The notes beneath the pieces are model-generated. The model was given only the letters and a program-made list of their open reading frames with translations. It had not been told where the DNA came from and made no database searches. A program made the position numbers and the translations under genes. This document shows positions 27,401 through 39,400 of a stretch of DNA of 64,000 bases, in pieces. Source of the DNA: Lytechinus pictus (Eukaryota). The stretch is taken from assembly GCF_037042905.1 (NCBI RefSeq), contig NC_087246.1, positions 7,752,001 through 7,816,000 on the forward strand, in the 5' to 3' direction. Positions within the stretch are counted from its first letter, which is position 1, and the number at the start of each line of letters is the position of its first letter.

Positions 27401-30400
27401 GTAGTGTAAAAAATCCACAATTCATCTATTACTTACTTAAGTGGCTTTAATTTGGTTTCCATTCGATTGTTTTAATGATGAAGTAGTACGTCGGGACAAG
27501 TTACAAGGGCAGCCGTTGGTCTGGTGTGTCGAAAAATACAAATGGCTTCCAAAAATTGAGTTTAAAATGGCTGTTAATCCTTAAAATGGACATAGCTCAT
27601 GTCACATCCATCTGAGAGATATGATTTTGATGTCTAGACCATGGTTTCAATGGTCAAATAATACATTGTGACAAGTTACAAGGACAATCAGTGGTCCGGT
27701 ATGTTAAAAAATCCAAGATGGCTTCCAAAAATGGAGTAAAAAATGCTGTTGCTACTAAAAAAAACCAACATAGTTTGTTAGATATCCGGGAATATGATTT
27801 TTTGTGCCTATACCATGGTTAAATGGGTCAAATAATAAATTGGGATAGGTTACAAGGACGTTTGGTGGTCAAGTATGTCCAAAAGTCCACGGTGGCTTAA
27901 AAAATAGTATCAATTAGCCGCGATGGTATTTAAAAATGGACATAGTTATGTTTTATTCGTCAAGGGCATATGATTTTGTTGCCTATATCATGGTTTCAAA
28001 AGGCAGAAAATTAGTTACAAGGACAGTCAGTGGTCCAGTATGTCGAAAATCTAAGAAAGCTTCCAAAAATCGGAGTCTAAAATGACTGCTGTTACTCTAA
28101 AAATGGACATAGTTCCTTTAAAATCCACCTAGGAGATATGATTTCGGTGTCCACACTATGGTTTCATGACTAAAATAATACGTTTGGACTGGTTACATTG
28201 ATATGCAGTTGTCCAGGTTGCCTAAAACACAAGAGGGTTTTTAAAAAAGGAATCTAAAACGACTCATATCATTCAATAGTGGTCAGAGTTCTACAATATT
28301 CATCTGCAAGAAATAATGTTGGTGTCCAAATTGTGATATGAAGGGTCAAATAATACATTCGGAAAAGTAACAAGGATGGTTAGTACCCCATTTTGTCAAA
28401 TAATCCATGATGGATTCTAAAATTTCATCAAAATGGGTGCTGTTACCAACTCATGAAACAATATGATAACTTGTCCCCATGCATTTAAGTGTAGGCACCA
28501 AGATTATTTCTAACAGGTAGATATTTTATGTAACGGTAGTCACTTTAGAACCCATTCTTAAGCCAACTTGGATTTCAAGGCAAAATGGATTGCTGCATAT
28601 CATGGTAACCAGTCCCAAAGTATTGTTTGGCCCTTGAAACCCTAGTATAGACACCAAAATAATATCCCCAAGGTGTATTTATAATGTTCTACATCCACTT
28701 TTAAGTAACAGCAGTCTTTAAGACCCCCATTTTTAAAGCCATCTTTGATTTTTGGACATACCTGACACCTGACTGTCCTTTGAACTTATCCCAATGTATT
28801 GCTTGACCCTGTAAACCTTAGTATAGACAGCAAAATCATACCTCCAAGGTGTATTTATAATAAACTATGCATACTTTTAAACAGCAACAGTCAATTTACA
28901 CCCCATTTTTTGAAGTAATCTTGGATTTTTTAACATACAGACAACTGACTGGTCTTGTAACTTACCCTAGTATATTACTTGACCCTTTTAAACCATGCTT
29001 TTAACACCAAACTCATATTCCCCAGACAGATGTTAAACAAACTATGTCCTTATGTAAGTAACATCAGACATTTTTTACTCCATTTTTGGAAGCCATCTTG
29101 TAATTTTGGACATACTAAGCCACTGACTGCCATTGTCTTGTCCTAATTTATTATTTGACCCTTGAAACCATAGTTTAGACACCGAAATCATATCTCACAG
29201 GCTGATTTAAAACGAGCTATGCCACTTTTAAGTATCAACAGCCATTTAAGAATCAAGTTTTGGAAGCCAACTTAGGTTTTTTGACCGACCAGGCCACTGA
29301 TTGTCCTTGTAACTTGCCCTAATGTATTAATTGATCCTTGAAACTAGTGGTTTAGACACCAAAATCACCTTTCCAGGCCGATATGAAATGAGCTTTGTCC
29401 GTTTTAAGTATCAGCAGCATATTTTTAAGACCAATTTTTGGACACCATCTTCGATTTTTGGACATACCAGACCGTTGACTGTCCTTGTAACTTATCCTAA
29501 TATATTTTTTGACCCTTGAAACCAGTGGTTTAGACATCAAAATCACATATCCCAGTCCAAAATGAAATGAGCTATGTCCGCTTTAAGTATAAGCAGCCAT
29601 TTCAGAATCAATTTTTAGAATCCATCGAGGATTTTTGCACATACCAGCCCACTGACTTTCCTTGTAACTTGTCCCAATGTATTATTTGACCCATTTAACC
29701 ATGGTATAGAAAAAAAATCATATTTCTGGACATTGAGCAAGGCTATGTCGGGTTTTTTAAGTAGCAACAGCAGTTTTCGACTCCATTTTTGGAAGCCATC
29801 TTGGATTTTTGAACATACTGGACCACTGACTGTCCTTGTAACTTGTCCCAATGTTTTATTTGACCATTGAAATCGTGGTCTAGACACCAAAATCATTATG
29901 TCCCAGGCGGATATGAAATGAACTATGTCAATTTTAATTATCAACAGCCATTTTAAACTCCGGTTTTGGAAGCAATCTTGGATTTTTGGACACACCAGAC
30001 CACTGGCTGTCCTTGTAACTTGTTTCAATGTATTATTTCACCCTTAAAACCATTGAATGAAAAACAAATTTAGATGAATTGTGGATTTTCAGCCCACGGC
30101 AGCCATTTTGGGCGCCATCTTGGATTTGCCTGGTACACTGGAGTGCTTATAATTCTTTCTTGCCTAAATCAACTTTTGTGCCCCAGACCATGGAATATAG
30201 AACGAAATAGGATTCTAGGGTGGAAAATGTGTCAGTTGTATCAATTTTCAGTGAATGGCGGCTATCTTGGACGCCATCTTGAAAATAACCACTTTCCCGG
30301 ATGCGGATTTTGGTAGATTTTTTGTATGTTATTCCTGAGGTCAAATAGTACAAAATACCGTTGAAAAATCATTTGTTGCAATTTGTTCCGGGTAAGGCTA

Positions 30401-33400
30401 TTTTTGGTCGTATATTGACCCGTCTATTAGGAAGTATTGAATATAAGAGGTATAAAATACCGTCCTAAACGAAAACTTGGAAACAGAATGTAAAGTTAAA
30501 ATTCTCAAAATCTATGATTTTATACATAGCAAAAATGATACCATTGGCAAGAGTATTCATTTCTCTAAAACTTTGCTACACAATTTATTTCAATACGACA
30601 AACCAGTAAAAAGTTATTGCGAGTTGAATAAGACAGTGCACGCAAACCCCCTCTGAATGTGGCACCCCAAAATTAATGTGGCGCAGGGGGGATAGTGTAC
30701 GTGGCGGGCAAAGAGTTAAGGTACAATTCAAGTTAAATTATATGCAGCACAATCATACTTAAGTAATGAAATACTCACATTTTTGTACTTCATATCCAAT
30801 TATTCTTTAAGTCATGACGAACTTTACAAAAGACTTGATGAAATACCTCTAGGTTTATTACAAAATGATACAAAACATACTATATTTATCAAAGAATACC
30901 TTCTTCTCAACATCTGTTGTATGCCTCCCTAAGAGCTTGTCTAGTTCTTTAACATTAGCTTGCACACACTGGTTGAATTCTTTATCTAGTTTATCTCTCA
31001 GCTCATCCATCTCTTGTTTGAGCTTGCTTTCCAGCTGCTGAATCTGTTTCTGATGCTGCCTTCTCATCCTCTTGTAACCTAGTCAGCAAGAAGGAGAATA
31101 GAATCATTAATGTACAATCATGGGCCAGGCAGGAATGCAATAGTGCCATGTTAACAGTGATGTTCAAGACTGGGTATTGATTGGAAACACTAACAGAGTC
31201 GTATCAGGCAGATATGTGATCGCATTATTATTATTATCATCATCACCCTTGTCATAGTCATTCTAGTTGGTAAGCATTATTTTACCACCAATCTTGAAGA
31301 TAAAAGCAAGGAATAGAGGGATTCATTGTCCAAGCTCTGAGATGTTGGGAATCTTGCACCATTATCCTTTTTAAACTCCCTTGGTTACCAATCTGTTGTT
31401 TCTTTAATTCCTGTTAATAAGAAATTTATGTTCAACGTGCTCACATAAGTTCACAGGAAAATTATCTTAATATCTAATATTACAATCACACAAAATAATC
31501 ACAAGGTCTGCTATATTCGATTGATAAATTAAACAACCTGACAACCTACAAATTTTCAAATTAAACGCAGTGACAGCTTAATGAAATATCTGATACCTGA
31601 AAATTGTTGCCTCTGCTCATTCTCATGTTCTTTCATCTGTCTAGTAACAACTGATGTAGGTCTGATAGTCTTGAAATTCTCACGATAGCTGTCATCTCTT
31701 GTGAATGGTAGCTCTGGCGTCGTCTCAGACGTCATACTTGCACTCAAGCTTTCACTCGGTAACTGAAAGTCACATAAAGACAGATATACCCATCAAGCTA
31801 TGTCTGAGGATGTCCTTTACCACTCAGGGAGTCATATGGTGTGGAGGTACAAGGCCGAGATCAAAAGAATCTCAGCAAATGAATTGTAAGAAAGGTATGA
31901 ATTTGCAGATGAAACATAATGCTGGAAATGTGAAAATATTAATGCCTCAAAAAAGTAAAATGCTCAAGAAAAAACATGGCTGCCATTTAATCATCTTGAG
32001 TGACAATTGTCCCTTTGATAAGTGGTTCTTCAATGGCTAAATTTAGGATCTGGACAGTACAGTCTGGCCATTAAATTGTGAAAAATAACTCCTATAAAAT
32101 GCTGAAAAAAACATATTGTTGCCAGAGCCAGAATATTCTTTGCAAAATTGACAAAAACATGGGATATTAAAAAATAATGGTTTTTTTTATTTCATAAGGT
32201 AAAGTATGCTGAAACGGGTTTCTTTTGAATTCAGCCCCCCCCCCCTCGAATTTTTGAGTGGGGAGTGAATTTCCTTTTCTAATCCTAAGCACTGGTTTGC
32301 TTAGATTTTAATTTACTATAACTGCAGCAGGAAGTACAGTAGTAAAAGGTAATTTGATTTCATCATGCTTCAATTAAAATGATAGAGAAAGAATCAATGA
32401 AAAGGAAATCCTTATATCAAGGGGCTTTATGGCTAGAAAATGGCACCAAATAATTTTATATCTAGATCTATGCCACATTATATCCAAGCTGATGGCCAAG
32501 AAATAGCACAGAATTGCATAGAAAATAACTAAGGGTTGGAGTGAATTGTGGTGAAGGCACGTACGAGCTCCAAGAGTTACATTTATTTCTTAATTCTATT
32601 TTCAACAGCAAGAGTGATAGCCAGATACAAGGAGCAAACATTTCTGAAAACCTGATTCTCAAGGGTATGCAAAGAATACTATTAAATGTTGCAATAATTT
32701 GTATTTCTTGCAATCCAAAAGTGAAAATGAAATACAAAAGATTATCTGAACTGTTTTTTGTTCTCAGGATGATCCACAAACAAAACTTTAATCTTTTTCT
32801 ATTCATGGGACCAAAGCATCAGCAAATATGCCAGATTTATACATAGCAGGCTTCATCAATTTTTTTTAAACATCTGCAACTTTCTATATTGTCTGTTGCA
32901 TGCCCTTGAAACTGGTTTAGTACTTAAAGTATTAAATAACAGCTTTGTACATTATAGACAATGGACAGGTATATAAAATGACATGAACATTACAATACTT
33001 TGAACGGCAGGCTACGAAATCTATGTGTGAAGCAGATAGTATATGAGCAAAGAATGTAATACATTAATAGAGCAGAATGCATTATCCAGTGAAAAAGCAA
33101 TTTCCGACTGCTACTTTATCAAGCTGTGAGTAATTAAGGTTACAGGTTAGCATTAAAATCATATGGTGAGTGAAATATGGTACAAGCTTTAAAGCAGGAG
33201 TAGAAAATTATCAATTACTGCAAAAAAAAGAAGAAAAATGCATGTTCTTTCAAGTATGTTACAGAAGAATTCGTAACAGGAAATAATAAACAAGGAATAC
33301 AAAGCTTGGGAAATTAAAGAAACAGCTAGTGTGGTCTGGAGGTGAAGTGAAGGCAGAGTGATAAAAGTATAACACAGCCTCGGAAAACGTATGCAACATC

Positions 33401-36400
33401 AATATTTCCAAGAAGCTAGACGCAGACTGAAACTGGAAAGCCAGTAGATCTCCCTAACATTGAAGTATGACATGAAAACAAAGAAATAAGATCACAGTCC
33501 GCAAAAGAAATAAGATGATCCAAAGAAGAACTATTAAACAAAACAAAATTAAAAAAACAGGAAGACAAATTTTCGCAAACCAACAAGTAGAAACTTAGAA
33601 ATAATTTCTAAAGCCAAAATAATGTTTCATAGTCAAAAGCAGACACAGAATAAAAGTTGCAAATCATAAGTCATAAGCAGTGATACAAAGTAAAATGACA
33701 GTGTGATTGATAAGAATAATACTCAAATCACTATAACACAAATATTTAATAATGGACTGTCTAAATCAAGATGAAGCTTTGACAAAGATGGCACTGTGAA
33801 GAGAGATATACAAATCTTTTAATAATGAAAGCAAGTGATAATGTTCAAACATGGTCATTCTGGAAGCCTCCTCAAATGGGCACCATTGATGTATTATGAA
33901 TTTAAAAGCTGATGGTAGCTTAATTAAAACAAAATGTTTTTAAACTAATCAAACATAAGCCAAATATGTCAACAATATGGCTGAGCTTGAGAATTTTCAA
34001 GCCAAAAAATATTTTTAAAATATAAAGCTTATAAATGGATTTCACAGAACAAATAGTCTTGAATTTTTTTTAGAACAGAACAAAAACAGTAAAATATATC
34101 GAAAAACCAGGATTGCCCCCCCCCCCTCAAAAAAAGTATCCATTAAGTGAGCAAAAAATGTTGTTTTGAATTGACAGAGGCATGGCAGGAAAAACAGGAG
34201 TCCAGAAACATTCACTGCAAAAGATAAAGCTAGGTCTCTAGTAACATCATTTTATATTTTTGAAATTTTATCTTAAAAAATATAACTTCTTGGAATAATA
34301 TAGAACTGATTTCCTATCCATCAAATTTCATGTCAAATTGAATGAATGAAACTGAACGAAAATAAGGGAAAGGGAATGGCAGATAAAGTTGGGTTGGTTG
34401 AAGCATTTGCTCTAAAATAGAGTCACTACTTCTTGAACACATTACATCTGCATACATTGATTTCAAAAGAAGCACCAGCATGTATAGTACTTCAGAAATA
34501 CATAGGCACAGAGGCCGCAAAAAATAAAGTTCTTTTGCAAAGATAACTTTGGTTTTAACAATTTCACATTTCAATCACTTCAGCTTTTTCTATGATCCTT
34601 AAATATAAAAAAATAAAGAGACCCTACTATTCTTACAAAATTCACAAAACCTGCAAGACTATACAAGCAAGAACTGTTCATAAAAAATTCTGTCGTCGTA
34701 ATATTCAGGACATATATCCAAAGAAATAAACCTTCAAAAAGTCAGGAATGCCTTCCTCTGAACACAATGCACATTAACTTTATCAACCATTTTATTAAGT
34801 TATGTCACAGAATGTAATCATATTCAAATCTGAAGGAACCTTCTGAATTTATCAGCACAATTCACACATTCAGTTGGGGTTCTTCAAGCAAGCAGAAAAA
34901 AAGAGAATGATCACAAGACAACCATCAAGAGGTAATTCACATTTCTAATCATGAGGTGTTCAAACATTACCAGACATTCTACCCTATAAACAAGGTATAT
35001 CATGCAGTGCATACTCTTCTCATTGTACTACTCACAAAGTAGACTGGGTGCAATGCAAATTAAAAAGCTCTCTTGAACTGAAATGCTTTGCATAACATTT
35101 AAGCACCATGCAAATGTGTTTGGTTCAAATTTTCAAGAATAAAAATCAATGTCTTTCAAACATTATCAATACTTTATTTTCACTTTTGCTTCAATTAATA
35201 AAGGAACTCACTCAAGAAAGTTCAAGGTAAAAAATATCACGAATGTCGGAGAAACAAGTGAAAAAATGGATTGGCTAACAAATTGTAAATTTTGCCTGCT
35301 TACAATTTCAATACAGTTGAAACAAGTGCTCAATACAGTTTTTGTGCATAAATTAGTTTACCAAACTAACTTTAGTGTAACCATCTATACTTTTATTTTT
35401 CCATGAAAAGCTACTTCTTACATTTTTAGGGGTCCATAGTGTCATTGTAATACTCCCCTTTTTTTCTATTGAAATGAAATAAACTCAAGTTTCAAATTTA
35501 AATTCATTTATTTTACATCTCTTTAAAAACAGGATACAATACATTTAAATTTGAATTGGAGTCCAATAAAATATCCAGAAAATATGCATTACTGACTGTA
35601 TTATCAATTGATTTAATGCATTAAATGTTAATCCTGATTTCAAAACATTAACCATAACTAGGTGATGCTTGGTAAATTCTACTTCTAAAAATATTTGTAG
35701 TATTCAAGAAATGTGTGCATCAATTGTGAATTGCTGCCCTCTCCTAACGCATCGACTAGCAAGATTCAATTAACTACTCATGCAATAGAATTCATGCAGC
35801 ACTGACAAACGCAAACTTAGGAACCGAATCAACATAAATCACAGTTGCCATGGAAACCATCAAGGGATCATCCACAAAGCAATGCTGCTCATTTTCTCTT
35901 TCATTTCAAATAAATGGTGTGTGAGCATTTGTTTCCTTTTTTTCCTTTGGTGGATAGTTTTTTGTGAAGGGGGAGGATAGCCAACATACCGAACACCAAC
36001 ACAAAGGATCCAAGATGGAAGGGTGTTGTACCTTACGCTTCTCCCGTACCCGTAGTCGGACCGAGCCCGAGGCGGCCAGGAAGGCCTCGCGTTCGGCGTA
36101 GGAGATGGAACCAAGAGATGAGCAGAAGGAAGAGATAGAGACCATGCTGTCCAGGGAGGGGCACGGGGACATACCCATGGCCAGTGCCTCCCTACCCTCC
36201 GGTACTGAGGGATTCCGCCCCCTCTGATGAGGTTCAACGTGCCACACAACAGTCGAGATTGATAGGGCATTTCAATATGGATGGTGTGGTTTTTTAGGGT
36301 CGGTGGTATTGGCAAGTATGATGGTATCGTGTGGCAAGGACACAAAGAGACAAGGACGAAGAAGGAAAGGAGGAGGGCAAAAGGTGACAAGCAAGAAGAT

Positions 36401-39400
36401 ATGTTACTTCACAGAGCTTCTAAAAGAGGAATTTGGTTAGTATGCAACAAAAGAACTGTCATAATAGTTATCATAATTACTAAAGTAAAAGAATTACAGT
36501 GGACAAAACTGGCCTAAGGAAAGCATCGAAAATGGTTTCAGTCAATAAATAGCCATATGAAAATCTATATATTTTATAATTTAAATTCTACATACAGTCT
36601 TGGTCTATATCGATTAAGCATAACTGAGAAAAATTATATTTTAGACATTGATTCATTGGAGCACTATTATTTGATAACTTTTACAACAAACGCGAGGTAT
36701 ATTTTGATGCTTTAAATATCATCATCTGATGGAAAAAATTGAACAGACAAGAAAGAATCAGTTTATCATAAATTCTAAATGAAATTATATCAACATATTT
36801 TGATGACTGATGCAGAATGGGGGATGAAGGCTGGCTGAAAGGAGAATATAGCAAATAATACAAATGATAATGAATAGTCATTATTAATGATGTGGAATGA
36901 GTGATAAGAATTATCAGAATTGCAGGAAGCCATATGTGAAGGAACCCTAAACAGACCTGTTGACACAAGTATTTCATCTACTTTATATAGAATCAAGAAC
37001 AGTGTAAGATCAGGCACGCCAATTTTAAACTGAAAATAAATAACCACGTTCTGTCATGCTTTGAAAACTTTGTCCAATGCTAAAATCAAAACTCTCAATC
37101 GATCAACAGTAAAAATGGCCACTGCAAACCAAGCCGACATGCGATTCAAAATTCAAAAATAAAACATCCTAAAATAATTAGTTTGCGAAGTGGTATAACT
37201 TTAGAGAATGTAGAGGGTTTATTCTGTGTTATATTCTAAAATAAATTATTTTCTACACAGAAGGTATACATTACAAAAGCACGATCGGCAATTTCAAATT
37301 GATTTATTTATGCTAACTTTACGCTAACACTGCACTATCTTTGAAATATATTATTTTTTAGAGTGACAAAGGGCAAATGCCTGAAAACTGTCCTCCTTAA
37401 TTTGTGAAAGGGATGGAAATAGGTTTAACGTCATAAATCATATTTAGGCATGCATGACATTTTTGCCACAAATGAACGAATATGCTTAAGGAAAACAGCA
37501 TGGCAACGAACAGAGAAAAGGAATAGGAAAAGGAGGGGATAGGGCATACCATGGGTTGTATGGTCATTTATAAATCACTGAAAATAAAATGAAGTCCATA
37601 AGAAGGTATCGATGAAAAGGGGTTTCGCTTGCACAAGCCTTTGTGCATTTGCAAAGGTGATTTGCATTTCAATGAACAGAAGAGGAATATGCAGGATCAA
37701 GAGGCATTCCAAGATTATCATCAAACACGTTTTTGACCAAAACTATAAGTTGTAATTTTAAAATACCATTAGCGTGTTCAATTTGTTCCATATTCTATAA
37801 TGTGAAAGGGATAAAATGTTTTCCATCCAGGGCATTTTTCTGAATATGCTATGCTATCTTTGTATCAATAGCAATAAAGACAGCCCCACTGATGCCGAGA
37901 TATGCAGTCATCAGAGAAAGCTTCCTATCAACATATATGCATCTAATGAACAGACTTCAAAATGCCAATGTCGAGTTCCACCTCATTTTAAAATTGAAAA
38001 CCTTCTTGAAGTTTGATAATTAAATGCCTTAAATGACACAAGCTCAAACTCAAAGAGCGAATTCAGCTAGAAGCTTTATTTCTCAACTAAAACTCTTGAT
38101 AAAGCCAATACTAATGTATCACCACTAAGCCCACCCTTAATCCAATATATGTCAAGGGAAATCCCCCCATTATATCAGCAAGTGTGATCATGCAAACTTC
38201 CCCAATAACCTTGGATTGCCTTAACATGATGCATCTACAAAGATAAGTCAACAATGTGGAGAAGCAATGGCTTCTTCTGCTTACCCTCTCATTGCGCATC
38301 TGTGAATTGTCAGCAGTGCCATCCTTTGAAGGTTGAATACTGTTGACGCTTCCTGATTGACTGCTATCCTCGCTGTGGTCATTTATACTGCTCATGCTGT
38401 CGGTGGGCTCACTGGGGTCAAATGAATCCCCGGACGGCTGCTGCATAGATGGAAAAGCCAACAGTCATTGAAAAACGTTCTTCCCCCAGACCAATCAAAC
38501 CTACCTCAAGAAAATCCTAGTCCTCTCTATTTCTTTGATCAGTTTAGTGTGTATCAATGGTACAGGTCTATCTCAAAAGCATATGTGGTAATCTATCACC
38601 TTTTCCAATAGTTTTCTAAGGGAAATATGGAAAGTCCTACACCTTATGGCTCCCTTATGTTTTTGGCTGGGATCATGCGATCACAATAAAAAACTTGCAC
38701 GAATGAGGCAATCTACAAGGATAAATAGCTAAATTTCCACTAAATCTACATGAAATTAATCACACTAATTTATGCAATTTTTTTTATAAAGTGTCTTGGG
38801 TGAGTTCTGATCACATGCACACTAAAAAAATGGTATAAAACGTTTTTGTATGTATCTTTTTTTAATGGAAGTTGTTGGGGACATTATTTCAATAATAAAT
38901 AACATGAAATAATCTCCCACACTATGGATTTATTGCAAAAAAAAGTGGGGGCATATTATAGCTTCTAACAATATACATGTACAAACCTCCTTTGAAAAAA
39001 ATTAGATGTAATGAAAATTAGTCATAAGAAATTTGCTCATGGAAAGATAGATCTTTTCTGATCATTTTTAGACATAAATCAGCAATCAATTTATGAACAA
39101 TAAACAACTATCATAAAATTGAAAAGCCAGACATTTTCATTGCAAATTTGATTCCTGACCAGTATTAAAAAACAGTATGGTACAAAATTTTCATCTCATT
39201 TGAAAATATTTCTTCCAATGTCATTCTGTTTGAATTCAGCTGAAAAAAAAAATATTTGTACATACTAAACTACCCTGCATTGACACTGCCTTCCATCAGT
39301 GAAAATATATATTAAACAAGGCAAACGCCAAGCGTTGTCTTGCCTGCATATTGCAGTCATGAAGAGACTGCATGTCAAAACTACATGTATGCTATATGAC

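Noticed and set aside
29331..30353. ORFs with repeated QVTRTxSGxVCxKIQDGF peptides
   Set aside because: They are translations of the ~145-bp satellite units in the foldback element.
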